Below, piece after piece: positions 48,601 to 63,600 of a DNA stretch of 64,000 nt. The position numbers and the translations under genes were made by a program. This DNA is from Mobula hypostoma (taxonomy: Eukaryota), in assembly GCF_963921235.1 (NCBI RefSeq), contig NC_086118.1, forward strand, positions 17,548,001 to 17,612,000, in the 5' to 3' direction. The notes under the pieces are model-generated. The model saw nothing but the letters and a program-made list of their open reading frames with translations, ran no database searches and was not told the origin of the DNA. Positions within the stretch are counted from its first letter, which is position 1, and each line of letters begins with the position of its first letter.

Positions 48601-51600
48601 GATGATAAGTCAACTATAAGTCACTTATAAGTGGCTAATAAATACAATTTCATTTCTAAAAGGGTTTATCTAATGATTTAATATTAAACACACGGCGCAT
48701 ATTTTCCTCGCATGAATATAGTGATAAGTCAATAGCATCATAACATTTTAAGTAACGTTTGGATATTAAACAGCGCATATTTTCCTCGTATGAACATATA
48801 AAATCATTGCAACACACCAATATCAGTGAATCAGTGGGAGCCCTGTGCTTGTTTCCCTGCAACAAGACGGTCCCATCAAGGGGTGATGGGAGACAGTGAT
48901 ACTGGAAGGGGGTTCCTTATGTCCAGTCTATTCCGCTTTGCAGAGATATGATGTTGGAAATGGAAGCAACGTTTTCAGTGCTTTTGTGGCTATTTCAGGA
49001 TATTCAGCCTTGACTTTGATCCAGAATGCCAGCAGAGATGTTATGTCAAAGATACTTTTCAGCCAGCTGTCATTTGCAATCTCGAGGAGTTGATCTTCTT
49101 CCCGTGCTGACATGGATGATGCGTGCGTAATGACCTCGCGTGCGTTTAAGTCCAACAGTGGGTGTGCCGGAATGAGGAGCAGGGTTACCAGATTGGCTTT
49201 TCTGCTGCCGAATTCCAGAAATCTGGCTTTTCCCCCCAATTTGGTTGGCGTCAGAAAATTCATTTGGCTTCTTGGCTTTCCCCTGGCATTTTTACAGCCA
49301 AAAATTATCTGCACGAAAATTATATACCATCCTTTTTCGAAAACATTTTCCTTTAAGAAAAGTATTTTTTGGTCGGTTACATTTGGCAATATTTCTGCTG
49401 CCAAGTGTCTGGGCAAGAAGGTGCCAACCGGCAAGTCGTTAACACGGCCACATCACCAAATCATATCATTTCCTCGCAGCCCAGCAGCACAAGCTCTGCG
49501 ACCTGGTACCAGTCTGCGGCCCGGTGGTTGGGGACCACTGGACTACTGCAATGTGTCACCTGTATTGTGTCTTTGTTATTGTTCTAGGTCTTGGAATATG
49601 AAGCTCAGTATATACAGTATTTTGTGTTCAGAGTGATAAGTATGTTATATTCAAAAGAATTGAACATGCACAGTTACAAAAGGTGTTTGTTTCTGAAATG
49701 CTCATGGTGCAACGTGTTGATAGTGGCGATTTGGAATTTTTCTCTGGAAATACTGGTTTAAAAATGCTCGGCGTTGATTTGATAGTTTGGCTCAGTTAGT
49801 AGTGAATTAACTTCAGAATTATATGTTCAGATTTGAATTTGTCTGAAAGATTTGGTTGTAAATTGCATTGTATATCAGGGGTTCCCAAATGGTTTTTGTG
49901 CCATGGACCCGTACTATTAACCGGGATGGGAAGGGGGGTGGGGGGTTCCGTGGACCCCAGGTTGGGAACTGAGTAATATGGTACTGAGAATGATGGTCAG
50001 TGACTAGAGTGGTGTTTCACAGGGGTTGGTGTTGGGACCATTTTCTTTTCATGTTTTACGTCAATGATTTGGATGGTGGATTTGATAGCTTGTGGCCATA
50101 TTTGCAGTTGATACCAAGATAGATGGAGGGGCAGGTAGTGTTGAGAAAGCAAGGTTTCTGCAAAAGAACTTTGACAGATTAGGAGAATGGACAATGAAGT
50201 AGAGATGGAACATAGTATAGGAAAGTGTATGGTCAAACATTTTGATAAAAGGAATATAGAGTTAGACCATTTTTCTTAAAGGAGCAAATTCAGAAATCAA
50301 GACATGCAGAGGTACTTGGGAGTCAGTCCTCTTGCAGGATTCCATAAAGATTAATTTGCAGGTTGAGGCAGTGATAAGGAAGACAAAGGGGTTAGAATAT
50401 AAAAGCTAGAATGTGATACTGAGACTATAAGGCATTGGTCAGACCACATGAAGTTTTGTGAGTAATTTTGGGCCCCTTTTTTTAAAAAAAAAGGATTTGT
50501 TGGCATTGGAAAAAGGTCCAGAGGAGGTTCACAAGAATTAATCTGGGAAAGAAAAGTTTAACATATGAGAAGTGCGTGGCTCTGAGTTTGTACTTGCTGG
50601 AGTTAGGGGGTCTCATTGAAACCTATTGAGTATTAAAAGAAGTAGACAGATTGGATATGGACGGAATGTTTTCTATAGTGGGGAAGAGGACGAAGCCTCA
50701 GAATAGAAAGATGTCCCTTTAGAACAGAGATGAAGACACTTTTTTTGGCGAGAGGATAGCAAATCTGGAATTCACTGCTGTAGATGAGTGTGGGGGCAGT
50801 ATATTTAAAGTGGCTGTTGATAGTTTCTGGATTATTAAGGGCTTAAGGTTAAGGAGAATGGGATTGAAAGGGATAGTAAATCAGCCATGATGGAATGGTG
50901 GAACAAATTTGATCCTGTCTTCTGGTCTTGCAGGCTAACATTTTCTTGTTGTTTGTGGGATCTTGCTGTACCTGTATCACTATATTTGCATGGAATTGGT
51001 TTAATGTGAAAACATGCTGTGCAATATTTGGAAGTTGAGTCTTTTTTTGATCAGTAGTCTTGTATATTATGAATTTGGTTCCAGCACTTGAATAATTCTT
51101 GCATTATATCATAGTCATTCAGCTTTTGTGATTATGCACGTTTCTTTCCCATGGTCATTTCAACCTCTTGTACTTTAATCTAACCACAGGTTTGGGCCCA
51201 CCACAGAGCATCTAATCCTCAATGAAAATAATCAAACAATCCACAATCTGCGCAGCCATAAGATCCAGACGCAGCTAAACCTTATTCATTCGGAGATCTT
51301 CCCCCTACTAAAAACCTTTCAGACCAAGGTAGGGGTCTGATTTAGTGCTTGATTGACATAACTCATTACAGTGGTGCTACTCTACTTTACAAAGTGGCTG
51401 AAATTTTCATGTAATTTCTTTAGGGAGATATTGTCGTTGTGAAAAATGAAAAGAATCAGGTTTGCTATCACTCATACAAATCTCACAACCTTTGTCAGTG
51501 ATAAACTGGATTCTAATTCTGAACATGAGTTTATATCAGTAATGTGAGCCTAGAAGCAAATAATGTCAAACTTAGTAGAGAGAGGGGATTTAAAATCAGT

Positions 51601-54600
51601 ATGGGGAATTATATCTAAATTAGGACCTTGATTTAAATATTGCTGTGGATTGCTTGAGCAACATAATGGTGGATATGGTTAAAATGAAAAAGTATGATAT
51701 TATATTGAGGTTCACCAAACTGGAACAGATTATTTACTTCAATAGACCATCTCAATGACTCAGTTAATAGGAATGAAATGTCATTAGCACAATCTACTAA
51801 ACAACTGTTGTGAGTACACCAAGTTTCCAGAGTTTTAGAGGCATGTCTTTTTGGCATATGCTGTTTTTAAAATCTTTATTATAGGCCTTTTTTTTCATTA
51901 ATGAGAAATAGTATTATAACAAATCCTTGTGCAATATCCAGAACAGCAAACAGAAAGATTGCAGCAGAGCAGACATAAAGTGATGTCTCTGTTTTTGTGA
52001 GTGCTGCCTGTTTTCTATTTTAAAAAAAATCCACTCCTGCTTTGCGTAGGTCACTGGACCAGGCACTGAATGTTATTTTTATCAGCATTGGCCCATGTTA
52101 CTCTGCTCTTGATATTAATTCTGTAAAGTTCAAAAGAACCAAATTTGATGAGAGAAGTTCATTGAGGAAAATGCTGTATCATTCTTCCAGCTTGTGAAAC
52201 TGAGGATGACTCTCACAGTTTTTACTGACTGCTCACACTAAAAATATCCAAAAATATTTTGGACAGTCTATGTTGGAGCCGGAATATGTGGTGGCACTCA
52301 CGGGCTATCCATAGCACATCCTTAGGCTGTGTTGGTTGTTAACGCAAATGGCGCATTTCACTGAATGTTTCAGTGTACATGTGATAAATAAATGAATTTA
52401 GATCTGAATGTTGTCACTAATTCGCAACCAAGTGAAACAGTAATGAATGAGCAGAGTTAACTTCCTTGTAGTTTCAGGATGAACCTTCCACACACTCTGT
52501 GCCTGCTGTTCGAGGTCACTGCCTGCTGAAGTATCAACTAAGACCCAAATTTGAATGGCAAAGGTCAGTTCATGTAAGTTAGGTATACTTACTCTGGTTA
52601 TTTACCAGAACTGATGATGTAAAAACGTAATGTACAATCTGTTGAAAACCAGTGACTTCTGAACTTGTCACATCCCTCAATAGCATTTCGATTAACAATT
52701 GTCCATGTGTCTTAATCAGACACCAATATATCTTAAGCAGAATACCAAAGGAGCAATTTAATTAAAGAGTGGCTAAAATTTTGGACTGAGGGCCATGTGT
52801 AGTGGTGGGAGGAGCACTGATAGAATATAGCAGAGGCTAGATAAGTGCGTGAGGGGGAAAGGAATGGAAGGTTGTAACAAAGTAGTTAGAGCAATAATGG
52901 AGCATGTTTTATGCTATTCATTCTATCTAATGCATTTTGTAGCAGTAGTAAGCAGTGTGGCTCATCATGGTGTTCTCATTCTTTGTCAGAACGACCTAAA
53001 TTTAAATCACTGCACTGGTTTCCTCTAACATCCTGTATGTTCCTTTAAGAAATGCAAAACAGGAGAAAACTTAATGCAATGATTTCTGTACAAATAAATC
53101 CAATCAATAACTTAAGTATTAAGTTAGCAAGGGGTGAATGTAAGTACCAGCCAGTGCTTTCAAATAACTGTTAAGATTGCACGGAATCTGAAGAATGTGG
53201 CTGGTTGTGCCTAAGTATTAGATTGCATTTAATCCAGGTTGAGGTGAATTATGCACAATGGATTCTACCTTGACTGGTTAAGTTAATCTAGGTGTAGTTT
53301 GGCCAAATGTGGATCCATTTGGGGTTGAGAAAGAAAATAAATTAGCTATGATCAAATGGTGGAGTCAACTCAATGGGCCAAATGGCCTAATTCTGCTCCT
53401 GTATCTTATAGTATAACTGGGTAAGTTTAACAATACAGTATACTGAGTTGAGTTCAGTGTTAAGGATCACTAATATTGCTTCGATTGAAATCTTTTGGTT
53501 TGCTTTACCGTTGTTAGTCAATCTCTGATCAGTTTTCCTTCTAACTCTGGAGACATTAGTATTTATGTGATTCCATCTTCATTCTTGAGAACTGCAATCA
53601 TTTTTTCCCTGAAATAAAATTTTGTAGGTACTGAAAATCTGAGTTACGAACAGAAAGCATTGGAAATACTCAGCAGGTCAGCAGTATGTGGTGAAAGAGA
53701 AACTGAGTTAATGCTTCATTTTGGTTCATCAGTTCTAAAGAAACAACATGAACCTGAAGTTTTAATACTGTATTTCTCTCCATGTAGTGTTTTATAGTTC
53801 CTCTCCAGAAGTTTAGCTTTCTTCCGGAAATTATAGCTAGATTCTTTTTCCCCATAAAACTGTTAAGATGAAATGTAAAAAAGAATGTTTATGTTTGTGT
53901 CCAGGTACAGATCAAACATTAAAGCTCTAATTGGTAAAGTGATGTATTATTCTCACGTGTAGTAAGGTACAGTGAAAAAACCTTATTTTGCTTGTCATCC
54001 ACAAAGATAATTTTAAAACTTAAGTATATTGAGATTCTTTAACAGGCAAAAGAAGAGCAAAATTCAGAATATAATACAGGTACAGAAAATGTGCAGTACA
54101 GGTCAATGTGAAGGTGTAAGGGCCATTATGAGGGAGATGGTGAGGTAAAGGGTTCAACTTTATTTTGAAAGAGGGTTGTTCTGTTGTATTATAACAGCAG
54201 TACAGAAGCTGTCATTGAACCTGTTGGTGTGTGTTTTCAGCTTTTTGTATTGCCTGCTCGATAGAAGGGGGGGTGAGAAGAGTGAATGATGGGATGGGAG
54301 GGGTCTTTGACTATGCTGGCTGCTTTCTCAAGACACTGAGCATTGCAGATTTGAGTCCATGGAAGGATACAGGTATTATCATTCCAAGGCTGCCAACGCC
54401 TTGTATAAATGTTAGTCTTTATTCCTCGACTTGCCAAAATTCTTATTTCAGATACTGTGTTTTACAAGGAATCTACATTATGAGCTGAAATGTACAAATG
54501 AGAATGGCCATTTTGCAAGATGGCATCTAAGGCTCCATATATTTTTCCTACTCAGCTGTCAGAGATTGGGTGTGTGATTATTCATTGTCTTCTATACTGG

Positions 54601-57600
54601 TTTCATAGCATCAAAGAGGTTTAGGATTATTGCAAATCTTGGCTTGCGCCTATTGAAGGATGAAGAGAGTAGTTAATTGGAAATAAAGGAGCAGCAAAGA
54701 ATCCACTTCTATTCTGGTATTCAGACAAATACGTGATGTGATCTTGTTTCAATAATAAGGAATTTAAAATGTTGCCCTGTCTTTGTTTCTGACCAGGCTT
54801 TATAATGGGAACACTGTGCCAGCAGGAGATCATTTCTGTCCTGGAGAGTTAACCAGTGAGGATGGGGACTAAATGTTCTATGTTGAGATCCTAGTGTTAT
54901 CTGTACATGTGTCTCGGCCCATTGAGTGTGTTCTGCCATTCCATTACTGCTGATTTATTATCGTTCTCAACCCCATTCTCCTGCCTCCTGTAACACTTAC
55001 TAATCGAGAACCTACCAACCTCTGCTTTACCCAATGACTTGGTCTCCACAGCCAGATGTGGCGATGAATTGCACAGGTTCACCACCCTCTGGCTCAAGAA
55101 ATCTGTTTTAAATGGGCATCCTTTTATTCTGAGATTGTGCCCTCTGGTCCTGGACTGCCTCACTATAGGCAACATCCTCATCCTCTCCACGCCCACACAG
55201 TCTAGGCCTTTCAATATTCAAAAGGTGTCAATAAGATTCCCCCCTCATTCTAAGCTCCAGCGAGTACAGGCTCTAGAGCCATCACATGCTCCTCAAAGTT
55301 AACCCTTTCATTCCCTGAATAAGTCTCATGAACCTCTGGACCTTCTTCGATGCCAACTCATCTATCCCTAGATAACACAGGTTGGGTTGTGTTCACCTTT
55401 TTAAGCAGCTGTGTGACACAGCTATCCTGCACTTGGCTACGGAGTTAAACAGTAATTTGGGATCAGGTTTGTGGATTGTAGACTGTTGTCAGAGAGTAGG
55501 ATTATTGAGTCTGTGGATTGAAGGGCCTATTTCTGTGTTGTACCTCTGTCTCTTTGACATTGCTGCAGAAGGTGAAAAGAGTTGCCAGCTTAGTACTGTC
55601 CATGATCCAACTGGTGATTGAGATTTTTTTTCTTCCAGATTGGAATGTGGGGAGAATAAAATGTGATGACTAGATTATGCTGGTTGGTGGGGGGGTACAG
55701 ACTGGGTGCTCTAAATGACCATTTTCTGTGCTCTGGCTTATTAGTTTTAAGTAACACTTCATCCACTTTGCTCAAGCAGGGATGCTGTAGTTGTTGCTGA
55801 CACAGAAAAATTTATTAAAGAAGCGATGGAAATCCCAGGCTTCAGGGAGGAAGTTGAAGAATGTAAACAAGTATTGGCTGCAAACCCTGCTCTCCCATCA
55901 GGTAAACCATTGCAAACATTGGGCTACTTTTAATTGGTAAAGGAAGTGTCTGGTTTAAAATGTTTGGCCTTGTTTATTTTTAAGCTGGTGTGTTGTTCTT
56001 AATCTGGGCTGTACCTGAACTGTGTTGGACTAATTAAATGCTTAGCTGCTTTAATGTTTCTCCACCTTCAGATCAGATCAAATGGCCTCGCTTTTAGGCT
56101 AACTCATTTGCTTTCGATCTAGGGAAGTAACTGCAGTTCCTAAACAATATTACCAAGTGCTACTTTCTCAAGAATAAAATTAAGTTTTCCTGGTGTATTG
56201 CGAACTCTTCTCAGGATTGGTTTTCCCATTCTGCTGGTAGTTTCCCCCCACCCCATGCAGGAAACTTAGCTGTTGAGACCAGGTGGAGGATGTTGTTTTA
56301 AAAATTTAGAAAAACTGCAGAGGTTGTACTTCTTTCTAAAGTTTCTGCTGACCAAACTGCTGGGCTGCTGTAACACTGCTACTCCAGTTGTAACACTACC
56401 AAACAACTTCAGGGCATTAGCTAATCTAAAATTTTAAAAAAAAGTAGAAGTAAAATATATGATCAGAGTGCATACATGTCACAGCATACAACCCTGAGAT
56501 TCTTTTTTTCCTGCAGGCATACTCAACCAATCTATAGAATAGTAACCGTAAACAGGATCAATGAAAGAGCAAGAGCATAGAAGGCAACAAATTGTGCAAA
56601 TGTAAATATAAATAAATACCTTAGCCAGAGGGTGGTGAATCTGTGGAATTTGTGGCCATGAGCGGCTGTGGAGACCAAGTCATTGGGTGCAGTTAGGCAG
56701 AGATAGATGGGTTCTTGACTAGCCAGGGCATCTAAGGGTAAGGGGAGAAGGTAGGGGAGAGAGGATGACTAGAAGAATTGGTTCAGCCCATGATTGAATG
56801 GTGGAGCAGACTTGATGGGTCGAATGGCCTGCTTCTGCTCCTATATCTTATGGTTTTATAAGAGGGCATGAAATAATGTGATAGTCTTTAAAGTGAGAGT
56901 ATTGGTTGTGGGAACATCTCAGTAGATGTGTGTAGTTATCCTCTTTTATTCAAGAGCCTGATTGTTGAGGGGTAGTAATTGAACCTGGTGGTGCAAGTCC
57001 TGAGGTACCTGTACCTTCTACTTGATTGTAGCGGTGAGAAAAGACCGGGGCCTGGGTAGTGAGGATCTTTGATACTGGATGCTGCTTTTCTGTGACAGCA
57101 TTCATTCATATAGTTGTGCTCAGTGGTTGGGAGGGCTTTATCTGTAATTAATTAATTAATGGCCTTAATTAGCTAATTCCCTTTACAGAGATCCATAAAA
57201 TCATACTGAGCCTGCTGATTAACATTGTCCATCATCAGCACTTTTGCATTTAATGATCTTTTATTTTCCATCCAATCACTGACTTACCTTTTCTTCCCTT
57301 CTCTTTCTTAGTCTGTTGTCTGTTAGCTTTCTGACTTCGTCTAGTTTTGAACAAGTGTCATCCACATGAAACATTAACATTCTTCAAAGATGCTTCCTGA
57401 TTCTGCCCTCCCCCTCACCCTAAGTATTTCTGCATTTCCTGTTCATAAGATCAGAAGAGCATAGTGGCACAGCTGTAGAGTTTATTCCTGACCTCATACC
57501 TTTGTGAAGTTCAACATACACCCTGGGACCATAATAGAGTTTATTCCTGACCTTGTGCCTTTTGTGAAGTTCAACATTCACCCTGGGACCATAATAGTTT

Positions 57601-60600
57601 CCTCCAATTGCTCCTGCTTCCTCCCATGCCTCAAAGATGTGTGCGTTGGTATGTTAATTAGCCACAAAAAAATTGCCTGTACTGTAAAGTGGGTGGTAGA
57701 TTTAGTGGTCTGTGCAGACTCTGGACTGAAGAGCCTGTTTCTGTGCTGTACATTTGTGTCTCTTTGGGGAGATGACTTTACAGGGAAAGTTAACAGGAGT
57801 AAGATTATTTGGTGAGCTGACACGGACCTGATGACTGAAAGGCAGCTTTGTAAGAATGTAAGGAAGTATTTTGAATATTTGCCATCTGCATTATTAGTGT
57901 TGTGTTATGGTTTACATTATGATATTTGTGTTATATGTAAAAGAAAACATTGATATGTTTTGTAACTGTTCAGATTCACTGGCCATAGATACTGGGTTAT
58001 GAGTTGTCTTTGACTTGTATTACCAGGGAATATGGAGAAATATCCAGAAGTGGTTTTTCTTGGAACTGGTTCTGCGATCCCGATGAAGATCCGAAACGTT
58101 AGCTCCATCATTCTAAATGTAGAGTGAGTCTCTTTTTATTGATTGCGGAGCCTTTATTCAAAAGTAATGCTGTCAGTATAGAAGGAAGCTTTCTGTGTGA
58201 ATTGACAAGATTCGCATTTGTGCTTTGCATTTCATGCTTTAATTTCTCAACTTTTCAGCCAGGTTTTAATGATTTTTCTGGTGATCTCCTAATGCAGCTT
58301 GGTGCCAAATTTTGCTTGGTGTGTAAGATGGTTAAGGATGTTTTGTTTTCTTAAAGGCACTATTTAATACATTCACACATCTAAATTTTCAAAATAATAT
58401 GTTGTTTGTCCACACTAAGGACTTTGCTTTAAAATAAAATCCAGTAAAGTTTTTCATTGAAAAGAATTTTTTTATTTGTACTGGTGATCTGAAGAAAACA
58501 GTACAAAGTTAAGCCATTTCTCTGGAAGACTATAAGATGAGGAAAGGAATTGTGGTCATGTTACAGGAATCTACCACTCCTAGTAACTTTTGTTTTACAC
58601 TATTAGCTCTACACGATCTATATTGTTGGACTGTGGTGAAGGTACCTTTGGACAACTCTGTCGCCACTATGGTAATGACGTGGACAGGGTCCTCTGTAAT
58701 CTGTCAATCATCTTTGTGTCCCACATGCATGCTGATCATCACACAGTGAGTATTTTTAATGTCATGTATTTAATACTCAAGTTCAGTAGAATTATCCCAC
58801 CCCTGCCCCCCCCCCACATACACACACATCTTAAGAAGTATTAATACTTAAAACCGGGGTTTTCAACCTTTTTTAATACCATGGACAAATACCATTAAGC
58901 AAGGGGTCAATGGAGCCCAGGTTGGGAACCCCTGACTTATTTAAGTGAACACATGTAGACCATAGCTTTGAAGTCTATGGGTGGTGTGCTGGAAAATGGG
59001 ATTAGTATGGGTCAGTACTCAGTGGCCAGTATGAGAACCTGTTTGCATGTTGTATGACTACTTCTCCATTCTGTTCTTTGAGCTTTTAATGTGTAAGATG
59101 TCAACCTAGATAGTTATAAGTGAGCTTGGCAATAATGTGAATATATTGTTGAGATTGAGATGTAGTAGCTCGGATTAGGAGCATTACTGGCACGTGTAAC
59201 ATTCCTATGATTGATTTATTTTGAAAATGAATCCACTACTAATGAGATGCAAGTAAATGCTTCACCAGAATATAATTGTCAATGCAATGGAAATCACAAA
59301 GGGTGTAATTCCCAATAAATTCTTTTTGTCTGCTGTTTGTATTAAATTCCTGCATAGATTGTATGTGGTTGTGGACATTCTATATATGAGCAGACATTGA
59401 GGAGAAGTGCATTTTGAAGTTGTAGTTGTGTTGTGTAATTCCAGTGCACTTGTTTCAATATATTGTTTCCATAGTAACATCTTAATGTGTTGCAGGGCTT
59501 AATAAATGTATTGTTGGAACGGGAAAGGGCTCTGGTAAGTTGAATTAATATTTTTAACGTTTGCATTTTTAATATATTAACACATGCACAACTGAAGATT
59601 GAGTAAGAATGAATGTTGGAACTGGTTAGGCAGCACCTGTGGGGAGAGAAAATGTTTTAGGTTGATGACCTCTCAATGAAATTCTGAAAAGTACAAGGTT
59701 GGTTTTAAGATTCAGAGTGTTGCGGAGGTGAAGAAGAGAGAACCATAGGAAAGGCTGTAATAGGGGGGCGGGGGGAGAGAGAGAAAAAACCAAGTGAATT
59801 AAAGTCCTTAAGGTGTGAATGAAGAAACAGAGGTCATTCTGGAGATGAGTGATAAATGCTGAATAATCACCCAAAATTCTCAGATGAAAAGCTGTAACAT
59901 TGAAAATCTAAAATAAAAATCTTAATGATATTGCTTATCTGAAATATTGGAATTGATGTTGAATCCAGAAGGCCATAATGTTTCTGGTCAGAGCTGAGCT
60001 GGGTCTTGCACTGAAATTTCGATCGGTTCGGTACTGGAGGCAGAAGATAAAAATCAAACTGGGAGACTGGAGTCGTGGAACCACATTCTCAGACTGGATG
60101 TATCGCCCCTGTTGTATGAGAAATCACACTGAGTGCTGCATACAAAATTGAAAGGACTAGACTTAAATATCTCCTTAATGAAAAGAAACTACTTGATCTC
60201 CTTTGGGACGGAGAGGGAAGATGTAAGACGACAATTCCTATGCTTCGTATTGTGGGAAGGAGAATTTGTATTAGATGGGGAGTGAATCAGAAGGTTCTGG
60301 ATGAAACAGACCCTCAAGAATGTTGAAGGATACTGGCATTGCATTGAAGGTGCAGGAAGTTGAGGTGGATGAGTGCAGAATGAGAGGAATGTGGTGAGGG
60401 CAGATGTGTGAGAAGTGGACTGGAAATGAATGAGGACCCTGTTGACAGTGATGGCAGGGTTCCACAGTTGAGGAAAAAAGTCACTGGATGGGATTATCAG
60501 GACAGAGGTTTACAGAGTGGAGTTCGTGTGGGTAGCAGAGTGTGTGGTGAGTGTAGGAGAGGTCGGTGTGTTGGAGTCCATAGACCTTTCGTGGTTGCTT

Positions 60601-63600
60601 GTTGTTGGCTTGTTCTTGAAATGGAGGTGGTGCTTAAAGTAGCTGGAATAGACTTGATCCCCTATGATTACCGGTCATGTGCATGTCCTTAAGACATTAA
60701 GTAAGCAGGTAACTTGTTTTCAGTGTACAATATTGATTCAAAGTGCTGCTGCGTTCGTTACAAGCTTTGGTGCTCTGCGATTAATCAGAGGCATGACAAA
60801 CTATGTTCTTACAATTAAATTCTCTAACGTCTAATGTAAAGCATTCCAATACTTCCAAACATTGAGTCATCTGTTCTTTTCACAAAAGTGGCATGATACT
60901 TTGTATTTTCAATTTCTCATGTCTACATACTTTTGTTAATACAACAGTCTATCATTTTACTAGTTGTTTATTTGGCACATTCCTAACTGTGTACTCGAAT
61001 CTCTTGGGCAGTTCTGATGCTGGGAATAATCCGTTAGGAAATTGGTGCCAATATATTCAATTCATGGTTCTGATGGTTCTCATTCATTTGTACATTCTTT
61101 TGTGTTCTGAGGCCAATCTTGATGTGTATGCTCAATCGATATGTAGGTCCTGTTCTTTGAGTCCTGCTCAGTATTAATCTTGAGTGGCTGTGTAACTCTC
61201 ACCTTCACCACGGTGTCATGTGAGTTATCACCAGTGTTCTCTGCCGTCTGATTTGTCCTGAGCAAACCTTTGCAACTCCTTTCATAGGACCAATAATTTA
61301 AGGAACTGAATTTACAGAGTAGAGCTGCAATTATAAATGGCACACCAAAGAAGGTCTGTCAGCAAATTGTACTGTGCAAGCTCTAGCTAACCAGTCTTCC
61401 AATACCATTTCCCTGTAATCCTGGATTCAGGGTCTAGTGGCCACACTTTCATACGAATCTCCCAGAATAAAAATGCCTGAATCCTTTAGTATCTTCAAGC
61501 AATGATTATGAATCCTATTGCCTTTGTTTCTGTATTTTCTGGCCACTCTTTATTTGAAATGTTTCTGTCAAATCTTTGTTGCTGTAAGAACAGCCCCAGT
61601 TTCTCGCCTGTCTCTCGTTAATTGACCTCCTTGTTATTTGCTACAGTTTGGTGCTATCAGTAGTGAGATTTGTGTGGATTTGAAGTTCAAAACTGACTCC
61701 AGCACGAGTAACACACACAATGCTGGAGGAACTCAGCAGGCCAGGGAGTAGCTATGGAGAAAAGTACAGTCACCGTTTTGCTCTGAAGCCCTTCGGCAGC
61801 ACAAGTATTCTTTTTTTCTAATTGGTTTGACTGTTGAAATAAATTTAACAATCTTACCCAAGAAGTTGTTTAAGTATGAAATCAATTATTGATTGAGGAA
61901 TGGAAGACACATAACATCAGGCAAAATTCCTTAACCTAGTGAAAGCACTCATTCTGAACCCAAATGCTTCATGAGATTAGGACAAATATAGCACATGTAG
62001 GTGGGTCCCCTTGGGCTTCCATTAGGTAGCCAGGTTCTACATCAGCAAACTTTGAAGGTATTCATGTACTCCCGAGGTTCTGTCACTGTTTTAATGATCC
62101 CATTTCTGAGTTCTGGGAATATACTCTGCGTGCTTCTCCCTTATCCAACTGCAGCTGATGACCACTACCCACCCTGCTTCCTAAGCCTTTGTTCCTTCAC
62201 ATTGCTGCCACCCTGAGATATTGTCAGCTTACAGTTATTTCATTTTGATCCTCGTTGCCATCTCTTCTGTTTTCAGGCTGCTCTGGGTGAGGCCTTTAGC
62301 CCAGTTATACTTGTGGGCCCGACACAGATCATGAACTGGTTGAAACAGTACCATGATCATTGCCAGGAGATCCTACACCATATCAAGTGAGTCTGTTTTT
62401 GGAGAATAAACATGTTTACTGAGCTTTATTTTCTTTAGAAGAAGTTGGGATAGGTCAGTGATTACACGAGGGTGAGGAACAAGGGACAGAAAAATAGCTC
62501 AATTCTTTCCTTCTGCAAAGGGAGGGAGAAGCAAAATTGTGTGGAACAATTAAATGTAATTCTTAATCTTTGCTTAGGCCCTCATTCCTGATGAAATATT
62601 CTGAGCTGTAGCCATCGTCTTTGCTCACATAATCTCATTATGGAAGTGACCACACTTGGGAATGGTCTTCCCTGAGTGAAATTGAGTGAAATAGACTTTA
62701 AGGTCCTGGAGCTGTGAAGGATGCCATCTAAATAAAAATCTTTATAAGTGTAGCAGCTCTCCAGGTTTGTTGCTTATATGGGTCAAAAATTTTTGGTGCA
62801 TCATGTTTTCAACATTTAGTAGTATTGAGTGTAACTTTTGATTACCTGTGCTACCTTTAACGAGACTTGTAATTTCCTTCATGAGATAATTGATTGTCCA
62901 TTGAGAAGTTCTCTCTCAAGATTCAATTGATGCCCATTTTAACTTCAGTAAGGACACTGTTACAGTTTTCCAGAAAGTAAATGTGGTACTTTATCAATCA
63001 TTAGTATGATCTTCATCTGAGAACTGGATGATTGGGATAGGGTGGAGTAAGCACATCACTTTCTGCTTGGTGCATGTCCTCAAATAGTGTTGTATACCGA
63101 TCACATCCTCATCTCATCAATCACAGGTATTCCTGGAATTAGAACGTTTTAAATCGTATAACATTCTAATATTTTTATAAAAAGTTGGGTGTTAGCTGGT
63201 GAGGCGGCGAGCTTGAACATTGGGAATCTGCAATGATTTCAGGGCTAATAACTCTGCACATGGTTTTCTAATACAGTGGGTGAAAGTTCACTCTTTTCTA
63301 CCAGACTGAGTAACTTTCCTTCAATGGTTAATGGCTTGGGAATTTTTAAGACTGGACAATATTTGAGGGAAAATTCTCTCAAGCTCATTTTAAAAACCTA
63401 TAATGTACTTTTAGTTCATTTGCAGACTCCTTATTTTGACTTTATTATCAAAAGGCTATGGATTGGAGATTCAGTCTAAATCTTCAAAGCTGGGGTGGCT
63501 TAGTTTTTGTTGAGTTAGACTTTTGTGGATATGGAGAAAGGTGGTAACTGGAAGTCAACAGTGAAGAAATTGGCTGAGCAAGTCATGGGGTGTGAACAGA

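Noticed and set aside
57476..57600. CRISPR-like or functional repeat array
   Set aside because: Only two adjacent units without spacers, inside a SINE in a vertebrate intron.
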